A stretch of 64,000 nt of DNA from Pseudolabrys sp. (GCA_035691545.1 DASSIT010000028.1:19348-83347); one strand, 5' to 3'. Positions 18,488 to 26,958 are shown, counted from the first letter of the stretch. Notes: a model not told the origin generated them from the letters alone. Numbers and translations: made by a program.

Positions 18488-19222
18488 TCACTGCGGCTTT
18501 TGGTATTTCAGCACAAACTCGTCGACTGGTGTCGGCGCGCGGAAAACAATAACGTCGCGTTTGTCTTCAGGATGCCGCAGGAAATCGCCCTGGGCGACAA
18601 GCTTGAATCCGGCCGCTTCGACCTCTTTTCGCAACGCGCTTTCCTCAATGCGATGGAAAGTTTTGCCGACCGACGTTCCGTCCCCGGCATTCGCCGAGTG
18701 ATCGGCAATCAAAAGATAGCCACCCGGTTTGAGCGCCCCAAACAACTTGCGGTTCATTTCCGCACGATCGACATTCATATATGTGATGTCGTGATAAGCG
18801 AAAAAGAATGTGATGAGATCAAGATTATGTAAGTCCGGTGGTATCGGATCGTCGTAGTTACGAATGACGTGAACAACCCCCTTCATCACAGGCTTCTGGG
18901 CGCGAAGGTCGAACTTGTCCTTGACCTGCCGCTCCATTACCTCGGCTGAATCCTGCGCGTACACGACGCCGTTGGGTCCAACCGCCCGCGCGAGGAGTTC
19001 AGTCGTGTAGCCGGCGCCCGCTTCCATATCGAGCACCTTCATTCCCGCCTTCACACCGGTGAAATTCAACAGTTTGACCGGATCGCGGCGCTTATCCGTA
19101 ATACGATCGGCGTCGCTGCGATCGGGCGCGGCAACGATGGCTGCAAAGTCCTGCGCGGATGCCCGCGCGGACATTGTGGAAGCGAGCACGACCAGAGCTA
19201 ATGCTGTGAATGCACGTTGCAC
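18488..19222 (-). CDS. Class I SAM-dependent methyltransferase with signal peptide (COG4798-like)
   Basis: AAGGAG RBS and GTG start; DKRRDP, VLDMEAGAGYTT, YHD, ALKPGG..DH and HRI motifs. Confidence 0.88.
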   Translation of the reverse strand: MQRAFTALALVVLASTMSARASAQDFAAIVAAPDRSDADRITDKRRDPVKLLNFTGVKAGMKVLDMEAGAGYTTELLARAVGPNGVVYAQDSAEVMERQVKDKFDLRAQKPVMKGVVHVIRNYDDPIPPDLHNLDLITFFFAYHDITYMNVDRAEMNRKLFGALKPGGYLLIADHSANAGDGTSVGKTFHRIEESALRKEVEAAGFKLVAQGDFLRHPEDKRDVIVFRAPTPVDEFVLKYQKPQ

Positions 19223-19417
19223 GGCAATCTCCTTGTTTTGAGGCGGTGTAGTGGTGGAGCTATGCTGGCGGTGAGCTGAGGTACCAGACATCGCATATGG
19301 CTTCTGAAATTTTGCAGACAATAGCAGGTTGCCAGTTTCTGAAATTTATGTCCGCGTTTGATCCACCGATGGCCGGCATCCGATTGAGGCGGGTTGCCGG
19401 CTTTGCCATGTAGGGAC

Positions 19418-19636
19418 ACCCTCGGGTGAAAGCTCGGGGGTTAGCCTGCGGGCAGTGCTGGGGTTGGCGGCACCCGGCACCTCGCTTTGGCATTGCGGGT
19501 TAGGCGACTGCGACCTCGCATGCTACGGCGTTCGGCTCGAGGAAAGCTTCCGCGACCGCACCGGTCGCCGACGGCGCGCCTATTCGGGGAGATCGGAATG
19601 AATTTTGGAGACCGCCGCGAAGCGGTCTCCCTGTTT
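19418..19636 (+). ncRNA. Candidate structured non-coding RNA (~220 nt), family not recognised
   Basis: Consecutive helices with GAAA and GCGA tetraloops and G-U pairs that work only on the + strand; upstream TTGAGG-N17-CATGTA; closing 9-bp hairpin followed by CTGTTT. Confidence 0.6.
19607..19636 (+). terminator. Intrinsic terminator-like hairpin (possibly bidirectional)
   Basis: GGAGACCGC-CGCGAA-GCGGTCTCC-CTGTTT. Confidence 0.65.
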
Positions 19637-19668
19637 AGCGCTTTAGGGTCGGCTGATGGCCGGCGCAT

Positions 19669-20646
19669 CTAGTGGTTTTCCTTCATCGGCCCAGCAAGTT
19701 TGGAAAGTGCGCTTTGATAGGCGGTCTGCTTGGCGATGAAACGCTCGTAAGCGTCCGCGGTGTTGGGTTGCGCTGGCACGGTCATTCCAAATGGTATGAG
19801 CTTGTTCGCGAAAGCAGGCGAAGCGAGCGATTTATTGAGAGCCTTGTTCAGTGTCGCAATCACTGGTGCCGGTGTGCCGTGTGGTGCCAATAAGCCGACG
19901 AACGCTTCGTGCTCGAAATCCTTGTAGCCCAGTTCCAACATTGTCGGCACATCGGGCAGGGCAGCTAAGCGCTTAGCCGTGGCAATTGCTAATATGCGCG
20001 CCTTGCCGCTGCTCACCATTCCCGCAACGCTCGGCAACCACACAAAGCCACCCTGCACCTCACCACTTAAGACGGCAGTCGCAGCCGGCCCTGAACCGTT
20101 GTACGGGACGGGAACGATTTTCGTACCGGCGAGCGAGTTGAGCTGAACCACCGCGATTGCTGGACTTGTCGCGGGCCCCGTTGTCGCGAGATTCGTCTTC
20201 GACGGATTTGCCTTGGCGTAGGCGATCAGGTCGGCGACACTCTTGAACGGCGAAGCGGCATTGACGGCGAGCACCAGAGGAGGCCCGTCGGCGATCTTGC
20301 CGACCGCGGCGAAGTCCTTTTGGACGCTGTAGGGAACGTTGATGTAAAAAAGGTTCTGTACTTCGGAGACTCCGCTGACGAGCAGTGTATAGCCGTCGGG
20401 CGCGGAATGTACGACGTATGACCCACCGGTAACTCCGGACGCCCCGGCTTTATTTACGACAACAACCGGCTGGCCAAGCAGCTTTTGCAAGTCGGGCGCT
20501 AACATGCGTGCAGGAATGTCAGTGAGCCCGCCCGGCGCAAACGAGACAACAAGGGTGATTGGCCGATTCGGAAATTCCTCCGCACGCGCGGCATTTGCCG
20601 CGGTGAAAATCGCTATCAACAGACCTATAAAGATTCGAATGCTCAT
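19669..20646 (-). CDS. Tripartite tricarboxylate transporter substrate-binding protein (Bug/TctC)
   Basis: FPNRPITLVVSFAPGG, NKAGASG, APDGYTLL and PDVPT motifs. Confidence 0.93.
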   Translation of the reverse strand: MSIRIFIGLLIAIFTAANAARAEEFPNRPITLVVSFAPGGLTDIPARMLAPDLQKLLGQPVVVVNKAGASGVTGGSYVVHSAPDGYTLLVSGVSEVQNLFYINVPYSVQKDFAAVGKIADGPPLVLAVNAASPFKSVADLIAYAKANPSKTNLATTGPATSPAIAVVQLNSLAGTKIVPVPYNGSGPAATAVLSGEVQGGFVWLPSVAGMVSSGKARILAIATAKRLAALPDVPTMLELGYKDFEHEAFVGLLAPHGTPAPVIATLNKALNKSLASPAFANKLIPFGMTVPAQPNTADAYERFIAKQTAYQSALSKLAGPMKENH

Positions 20647-20691
20647 GAATCCCTCCACGCTTCCAATGACGGGGTTGATTTCACCGATCAG

Positions 20692-21999
20692 TTATTGGGC
20701 AGTATCCATTTTGAGTGCGGTAGTCTCGTCGATTGAGGAACTGCAAAGATTCAACGCTGTTTCGAGGTAGATTCGCGAGGCGAGCACGACGTCGTCCAAT
20801 AATACGTGATCTCCAATGGCATGCATCGAGCGTCCGTTGGCGTCCGGGTGGAGACGTCCGCCGGGTCCAAATTGAAGGCAAGGAACGTCGTAGCGCGTCA
20901 GGTGAACGGCGTCTGAGCCGGGACGACGAAGGAAAGTGGTGGTCGTTTGACCCATGACCGATCGTTGCGCCTGCGTGAGCGCGCTCACGATCGGGAGATC
21001 CTGCCCGATGACCAGCGGCGGATCGGTAATGATGAAAGCGAGGGATGGTTCATCAATCCCGTGCCGACCGGCGAACCGCCGCAACATCGACCGCAGTCCG
21101 CGTTTAACGGAGTCTGCTGTCTGTCCGGGGACCGTGCGAATGTCCAAGTAAAGAGCGCATGCAAAAGGATTACGCGACAGCCGCCAAGGATCGCCGCCGC
21201 GAATGCAGGCGACCGTGACATTGGCATGTTCATCGAGGAAGACGTTGTCCTCTTGAAATTTTTTCGTCCACAAATCGATCTCATCGCACAACAGTCTTGC
21301 AACGTTAATGGCGTTGATGGTGCCCGGCTTGTTGCTCAAGGCCGAATGCGCGACGGTGCCGGTGACCGTAATTTTCGCCCACAGGCAGCCCATGTTCGCG
21401 GTGCAGACGCGCATGCCGGTCGGCTCCGCGAGAATCGCATAATCGGCGGTGACGCCGTGCGAGACGAGATGTTTGGTGCCGATGCCGTAACCGGAATATT
21501 CGCGCCCCTGAAACTCTTCGACCGCGGTTTTTTCGATCTCACCGACCACCGCGCCCAACGAGACGTCGCCGCGCAAGGCTATTCCACTGTGGGCCAGCGC
21601 TTCGAGCGCGGTCACGAGGCCCGCGAGCCCGCTTTTCATGTTGCTCGCCCCAAGCCCCCAGATCCAGCCATCGCGAAAAATACCCTTAGGTTTAAATCCC
21701 TCCCCCTCAAGATGCTCTTCGTCGCCGCTATAGGAAGTATCCATGTGCCCTGTGAACAAAAGATTCAATCCATCTCCCTTTCCGGGTAGGTGAGCGATTG
21801 CGTTGGGACGACCTTCCTCCACCGGCTGCAGAAATGCTTCGAGACCGCAACGCCGCAGACGTTCGACAATGTAGTCCGCCATTCCCGCCTCGAATCCAGT
21901 CGGGCTGCGGATGTCGATCATGTCCAATAACACTCGGCGGACAACGTCCGGCGTGATGTAGGCGGCTGCCTTGTCACGATCTGGTTGAATCATGAGCAT
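20692..21999 (-). CDS. M20 family metallo-amidohydrolase (ArgE/DapE-like) with atypical metal ligands
   Basis: GHMDT, GASNMKSG, VGEIEK, AEPT, DIRTVPG and FGPG motifs. Confidence 0.85.
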   Translation of the reverse strand: MLMIQPDRDKAAAYITPDVVRRVLLDMIDIRSPTGFEAGMADYIVERLRRCGLEAFLQPVEEGRPNAIAHLPGKGDGLNLLFTGHMDTSYSGDEEHLEGEGFKPKGIFRDGWIWGLGASNMKSGLAGLVTALEALAHSGIALRGDVSLGAVVGEIEKTAVEEFQGREYSGYGIGTKHLVSHGVTADYAILAEPTGMRVCTANMGCLWAKITVTGTVAHSALSNKPGTINAINVARLLCDEIDLWTKKFQEDNVFLDEHANVTVACIRGGDPWRLSRNPFACALYLDIRTVPGQTADSVKRGLRSMLRRFAGRHGIDEPSLAFIITDPPLVIGQDLPIVSALTQAQRSVMGQTTTTFLRRPGSDAVHLTRYDVPCLQFGPGGRLHPDANGRSMHAIGDHVLLDDVVLASRIYLETALNLCSSSIDETTALKMDTAQ

Positions 22000-22164
22000 C
22001 CCACCTTTTGTTTTGGCAATGTACCCTCTTCACGAGGCCACTGTCATGGGGATGGGCTTCCGATCAGACCGATGATGGGGAAGCAGGCAAGAGCGGAGGG
22101 ACGGTATTAGGCAAAAGCCGACAATAAGGCTCGTTTGCGGCGGACCCAACCATTGTTTGATGCA

Positions 22165-23139
22165 CTACAATCCGAACAGCTGCTCCGCATTGCCGTGAGC
22201 GATGCGCTTGCGATCCGCAATGCTGACAGGAAGTTGCTTCAAAAAGGCGAGCGCGTCAGCCATCGATCCATAGGGATAATCGGCCGAGAACATGATCCGG
22301 TCGGCCCCGACTTCAAGCAACAGGTTAAGGAACGTCGCCGGAAAATTGAATGCCGCGAATGTATAATGAATATTTTGGCGAAGATAGTCACCGAGCGAAC
22401 GCTGTAGTTTTGTTGTGCCGCCTAGCGCATCGAGACGCGGCAACATGAAGGGCAGCCCTTCCCCCATGTGCCCAACCACGATTTGCAGTTTCGGATAGCG
22501 ATCGAATACCCCGCCGAGCACCATGCGGATGACGTGGGTCGCGGTTTCGATATGCCAACCCCAACCCGGCCCGGATAACAGAAAGCTCATTTCCGGAGAA
22601 AATCCACCATATGACGCGGCCATGACCGCCTTCGGAGGCAGGGTCGGGTGGAGATAGATCGGCACATTGAGGGCCTCGGCGCCTTCCAGGATCGGCCAGT
22701 AGAACTTGTCATCCAGGTAGCGGCCGCGATTATGTCCATTGATAATTGCGCCCTTGAACCCGTTCTGGCGAATGCGGCGATCAAGCTCTTCGACGGCTTT
22801 ATCGGGAGCCGCAGTCGGCAGTGCGGCAAGTCCGGCGAAACGCGTTGGATTTTTCATCACCGCGGCAGCGAGGATATCATTGGTTTCGCTTGCAGTCGCA
22901 ATCGCCTCAGCCGCTTCCGATTGCTCAGTCCCCGGGTAGTTGAGCGACAGAACTTGCATGTCGATGCCGGCGGCATCCATTTCCGCCAACCGCTTGGCGC
23001 CGATATCGCAAAGTTGCTCAAAGATCTTCGCAGCGCGAGCGCCGCCTGACTTCAGCATGTGCTGCCGAAATTCCCGTCCTGGCCCGTCGAGAAATGCGGG
23101 GGTCACAAAGTGCTCTTCGAGCGTTATTGTTCGCATCAT
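22165..23139 (-). CDS. Amidohydrolase-family non-oxidative aromatic acid decarboxylase (gamma-resorcylate/2,3-DHBA decarboxylase-like)
   Basis: ITLEEHF, MDAAGIDMQVLS, YLHP, GHMGEGLP and FSADYP motifs. Confidence 0.85.
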   Translation of the reverse strand: MMRTITLEEHFVTPAFLDGPGREFRQHMLKSGGARAAKIFEQLCDIGAKRLAEMDAAGIDMQVLSLNYPGTEQSEAAEAIATASETNDILAAAVMKNPTRFAGLAALPTAAPDKAVEELDRRIRQNGFKGAIINGHNRGRYLDDKFYWPILEGAEALNVPIYLHPTLPPKAVMAASYGGFSPEMSFLLSGPGWGWHIETATHVIRMVLGGVFDRYPKLQIVVGHMGEGLPFMLPRLDALGGTTKLQRSLGDYLRQNIHYTFAAFNFPATFLNLLLEVGADRIMFSADYPYGSMADALAFLKQLPVSIADRKRIAHGNAEQLFGL

Positions 23140-23280
23140 TATTCCCTTATCCGCGATTCCCAAGAGAGCGCCGACCGCTAACAATACGCGCGACTTTACC
23201 GCGCGGATAGTGGTCGACGTGCATCGCGAATCGATGGCGTTGCGTTACAGCCGGCAATCGAGATTCTGCTTTGCGGCGCT

Positions 23281-24948
23281 TTATGTGTCCGCCGTTGGCA
23301 GCCGGCCAGCGCCTCTTATGAGGTCCACCAGTTCAATCGGATCTGATGGCTGTTCGTTGCCCCGCCAAGCCACGTGCTGATCCGGCCGCACAAGTATGAG
23401 ATCGTACGCATAGAGTTTCCTGGCTTCGTGAGTATCCAGGTCCAATAACTTCAGTGGAACGCGGTTCTTCCTTGCCGCAGCAACAATCCCGGAAACGTCC
23501 GCCGCCGCATTAAGGCGGATCAGCGTGTAGCCCGGCCCTAGCGCGTCATACAGGGAACCTCCTTCTCGGAGCCACAGGTGGGGCAGTCGGCAGCCCGGCA
23601 CCGTTGACGGGATGAAATTGCTGATCTCGTAGCCGGGATGGGTCTCGCCGTCATAGGCAATAATCGGCGAACGATCATAGAAATAACCGAAATTGAGTCC
23701 GCCCGCGCACTGCTGCTGGTAGTCGATGGCGTGTGCTTCCCGGCCGATGCGCGCCCGCGCGGCTGCTCCTTCTTTCCCCTCCAATTCAATCTCGGCCGGC
23801 ACCGCGCTTCTTTGCCTGATGACGTCAAGTGCGATGTTCATGGCAAAATGCGACACTTGCTCGGTGATCGGCTGGCGCTCTGCTTCGTAGGCATCAAGTA
23901 TTGCAGCCGGCGCCCAGCCTTTCAGCGTGGCCGCTATCATCCAGGCGAGCGTCGCCGCGTCGGCAATGCCTGCGTTCATGCCGTAGCCGGCATTGGGAAT
24001 CCACAGATGCGCCGCATCGCCGCAAATAAATGCGCGGCGGTCGCGAAATCGGTCGGCGACCAGTCGGCGGCCGATCCAGTCCTCCTTCGAGATCACTTCG
24101 TAGTCGAAGTCCGCGCCGACGCCGAGGATCTCACGAATGGCCCAGTCGCGATCGATCGAATCAAATTCCGGTTCGCCACCATAAAGGAAATTATGGATGA
24201 TCCAGGTTTCCCGCCCGTCAACCGCGATCGTGGTGCCGCAACGCCGCGGATTGAGCGCGAAATACATCCAGGCGCGCTTGCCGGGTAGCCGATCGATCAA
24301 TTCAGGCGCGCGGATGAAGGTCGACTGCACGCGCTGAATCTCCGGCGTGCCGGCGAGTGAGGCGCCGATTGCCTTGCGTACCATTGATCTGGCGCCGTCG
24401 CAGCCCGCCAGATACGTGCTTGCGATTTGAAAGCGCTCGCCGGTGGCGAGGTCGCGCGCAATGGCGCTGACGTCGTTTTCGCCTTGGACGAATTCTTCGA
24501 TTTGCGTACAGTTAAGAATGCGGATACGCGGTTGCGTAGCTGCGTGGGCGAACAGCACCGGCTCGAAGTAGGTTTGATTGATCCGGTGCGACGGCTCCGG
24601 CGTTGGCCACCACGCGTCCACGGCTTCCATGTCGCTGAACCGCATGGCGCGACACGGAATGTTAAGTCGTGAAAGTTCGTGGCCGGTCACGCTCGTACAC
24701 GAGACGACGTCATTCGGGTAATCCGCCGGCAACCCCGCCTCACGAATTTTCCCAGCGACCCCCAGGCGCCGATAAATTTCCATAGAACGAGCGGAAACCT
24801 GATTGCACTTTGGGCTCGGCGGCTCGCCTGCCTGGCGCAGCTCGGCGACTGTGACGTCGATGCCACGCCAGGCGAGATCGAGGGCGAGAGTCGTACCAAC
24901 TGGCCCGCCGCCGACGATCAGCACGCTGGTTTCGATCTTGCTCCTCAT
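23281..24948 (-). CDS. FAD-dependent monooxygenase (PheA/TfdB aromatic hydroxylase family)
   Basis: IVGGGPVG, GCDGARS, GDAAH..GYGMNAG, PGCRLPH and LVRPDQHVAWR motifs. Confidence 0.92.
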   Translation of the reverse strand: MRSKIETSVLIVGGGPVGTTLALDLAWRGIDVTVAELRQAGEPPSPKCNQVSARSMEIYRRLGVAGKIREAGLPADYPNDVVSCTSVTGHELSRLNIPCRAMRFSDMEAVDAWWPTPEPSHRINQTYFEPVLFAHAATQPRIRILNCTQIEEFVQGENDVSAIARDLATGERFQIASTYLAGCDGARSMVRKAIGASLAGTPEIQRVQSTFIRAPELIDRLPGKRAWMYFALNPRRCGTTIAVDGRETWIIHNFLYGGEPEFDSIDRDWAIREILGVGADFDYEVISKEDWIGRRLVADRFRDRRAFICGDAAHLWIPNAGYGMNAGIADAATLAWMIAATLKGWAPAAILDAYEAERQPITEQVSHFAMNIALDVIRQRSAVPAEIELEGKEGAAARARIGREAHAIDYQQQCAGGLNFGYFYDRSPIIAYDGETHPGYEISNFIPSTVPGCRLPHLWLREGGSLYDALGPGYTLIRLNAAADVSGIVAAARKNRVPLKLLDLDTHEARKLYAYDLILVRPDQHVAWRGNEQPSDPIELVDLIRGAGRLPTADT

Positions 24949-25086
24949 TTTCGCGCCTGGATGTTGGCAGCCTTCACGAGTTCAGTCGACGCAGCGACGT
25001 CGTGCCGGAAGTCCTTATCGAACTGCTGCTGGCTGATCGCCATTGGCTCGACATCCACTGCCGCTAGACGCGACGCAGTATCGCAC

Positions 25087-25100
25087 TTGATCCAGGTCAA
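25087..25100 (+). promoter_or_regulatory. FNR/FixK-type box
   Basis: TTGATCCAGGTCAA (TTGA-N6-TCAA), placed like a class II (-41.5) site relative to TATATT at 25122-25127. Confidence 0.65.
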
Positions 25101-25122
25101 TCCAGAGCCGCCTCGGCACGTT

Positions 25123-25140
25123 ATATTCAAAACATAATAT
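25123..25140. promoter_or_regulatory. AT-rich inverted repeat, candidate ArsR (BigR/SqrR-type) operator
   Basis: ATATT-N8-AATAT overlapping the putative -10 and +1 of the yeeE operon. Confidence 0.4.
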
Positions 25141-25186
25141 GTGATGGCTGTGCACCTTGGTGCGCAAGCAGGTGGAGAATTTCGAG

Positions 25187-25702
25187 ATGCTCACGCAAAA
25201 AGCTTGGTCTCCTTATGTTGCTGGAATCATCATCGGCCTTTTGCAAATTCCGGCATTTTTGCTGATTGAGACGGCGCTCGGCGCCTCCTCATCCTACGTC
25301 ACCGTCGGCGGAATGATCGCCTCGTGGATCGACCCGTCCATGTTGAAGATTGACTACGTCGCGCGCCATGTCGCCATAACCGGCAAGAACTGGTGGCAGG
25401 TCGCCCTCGTATTCGGCGTTGCCATCGGCGCCTTTGCTTCGATGAAGCTTTCAGGCGCGAAACGAGCGTCGATCTCGCCGATCTGGCGGCGGGCGCTTGG
25501 GTCGCAGTCGCCCGCGAAGCGTTACGCTGTCGCTTTTATCGGCGGTTTCCTTTTGCTGCTCGGCGCGCGCATCGCCGACGGCTGCACCAGTGGCCACGGT
25601 CTTTCGGGCATGGCGCAATTGGCGGTCGGCTCCACAGTTGCCGTCGCCGCCATGTTTGCCGGCGGCATCGCGACCGCGACGCTGTTGTTACGCCGCATCT
25701 GA
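25187..25702 (+). CDS. YeeE/YedE-family sulfur-compound transporter subunit
   Basis: WSPY, LGASSSY and GARIADGCTSGHG motifs; TM helices. Confidence 0.88.
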   Translation: MLTQKAWSPYVAGIIIGLLQIPAFLLIETALGASSSYVTVGGMIASWIDPSMLKIDYVARHVAITGKNWWQVALVFGVAIGAFASMKLSGAKRASISPIWRRALGSQSPAKRYAVAFIGGFLLLLGARIADGCTSGHGLSGMAQLAVGSTVAVAAMFAGGIATATLLLRRI

Positions 25703-25720
25703 CTTAAGAGGAGATCAGTC

Positions 25721-26344
25721 ATGTCAGTTACTCTCGCCATCTTTGTTGGCATCACCATGGGCATCGTGTTCGGCTTCGCGCTGGAAAAATCGCGCGTATT
25801 CGAACCGGGCATCATCATCGGCCAGATGCAGCTACGCAACTTTATAATGCTCAAGGTTTTCCTTACCGCAGTCGCTACCGGTGCGGTTGTACTCGCAGTG
25901 CTCAATGGGCTGGGCTACGTGAAACTTCAACCGAAGGCCGCCGCCTATGCTGCTGATGCAGTGGGAGGACTGTTGCTCGGAGCCGGCATATCGCTCTCAG
26001 GTGCTTGTCCCGGCACGACGCTGGCGCAGATCGGCGCAGGATATCGAGACGCGCTTTTCACGTTAGTCGGCGGCCTGTTCGGGGCAGTCGCCTTTTCCTA
26101 TGCGTCACCGATGCTCGCCAAAACGTTCCTCGTTCAGAGCGGGCCCAAACTTATTTTCAGCGATCTTGCCGGCGTGCCCTATTGGATCGGTGCCTTGGTG
26201 CTGGCGGCAGTCATTGTCGTGATTCTCATTGCGCTTGAGGCCTGGGCGCCTTGGCGCGGCGAATTGGGCAACGATGTGGATGGCGACTTGCCAGTCTCGA
26301 TGCCGCCCGAAAAAACGACCATGCACGCTCAACCCGCTGAATAA
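25721..26344 (+). CDS. YeeE/YedE-family sulfur-compound transporter subunit
   Basis: FGFALEKS, F..LKVFL and GACPGT motifs; AGAGGAG RBS. Confidence 0.87.
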   Translation: MSVTLAIFVGITMGIVFGFALEKSRVFEPGIIIGQMQLRNFIMLKVFLTAVATGAVVLAVLNGLGYVKLQPKAAAYAADAVGGLLLGAGISLSGACPGTTLAQIGAGYRDALFTLVGGLFGAVAFSYASPMLAKTFLVQSGPKLIFSDLAGVPYWIGALVLAAVIVVILIALEAWAPWRGELGNDVDGDLPVSMPPEKTTMHAQPAE

Positions 26345-26355
26345 AGGAGAACTCG

Positions 26356-26550
26356 ATGACCGTAAATGTGGGAACGCTCGACCGCATTGCTCGCCTGATC
26401 GCCGGCGCCGCGCTGCTCGCTTTTGCGCTTGGCTACCTTGCGCCTGGAACAGGCTGGAATTGGATTGGGTGGGTCGGTGTTGTACCGATTCTAACCGCAT
26501 TATTTGGCAATTGCCCAGCCTACAGCCTTTTTGGCTGGTCGACGCGGTAA
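26356..26550 (+). CDS. DUF2892/YgaP-like small membrane protein
   Basis: NVGTLDRIAR...TALFGNCPAYSLFG; AAAGGAG RBS. Confidence 0.88.
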   Translation: MTVNVGTLDRIARLIAGAALLAFALGYLAPGTGWNWIGWVGVVPILTALFGNCPAYSLFGWSTR

Positions 26551-26783
26551 GGAGTTCCGTGGCGGCCGGCCAGCCCACCGCGGCGCACGTCAACATACCT
26601 TGAATCACACAAGGCGGTTCAGTTTCTAAATGCCGGACAACGGACCGCTTTTATATTTTTCGCAGGAAGGAACTCACTATGCGGTACGTTCGCCTGAAGA
26701 CTGACAGCGCAGGAGATCTTGCCTCCTGTGCATTTGGCACTTTGCGGGATTCCCGGTTGCGCTGACACGCTCGCGTGATGGCG

Positions 26784-26809
26784 GGAACCGGCCAGCGGCA
26801 ACTCGCGTT
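26784..26809 (+). promoter_or_regulatory. Sigma-EcfG (general stress response) promoter
   Basis: GGAAC-N17-CGTT. Confidence 0.65.
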
Positions 26810-26839
26810 TCTTCCCTGAACCGGAACGCGAGGAAAAAA

Positions 26840-26944
26840 ATGCCGTTGCTGTATTATTTTCCGCTGATCGTGTGGGTCGGCATGATGGAAGTCATGCAGT
26901 CAGAAATGCAGCCGCGCAAAGCAGGCGCACGTCAAAGACAGTGA
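26840..26944 (+). CDS. Small hydrophobic protein (34 aa), absent from the ORF track
   Basis: GAGG RBS; MPLLYYFPLIVWVGMMEVMQSEMQPRKAGARQRQ; directly downstream of the EcfG promoter. Confidence 0.6.
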   Translation: MPLLYYFPLIVWVGMMEVMQSEMQPRKAGARQRQ

Positions 26945-26958
26945 ACATCGCGGAGATA

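Noticed and set aside
19539-19551. GAGGAAAG as the RNase P RNA signature
   Set aside because: Not followed by TCC, no 3' AACAGAA-type P4 partner, and the region is too short
19441-19672. ORF-track peptides at 19441-19668 (-) and 19487-19672 (+)
   Set aside because: Arg/Pro-rich, no RBS at the listed starts; better explained by RNA structure
26668-26765. Second GGAAC...CGTT motif and a 28-aa ORF (MRYVRLKTD...)
   Set aside because: The 13-nt spacer is too short for EcfG and the peptide has no supporting features
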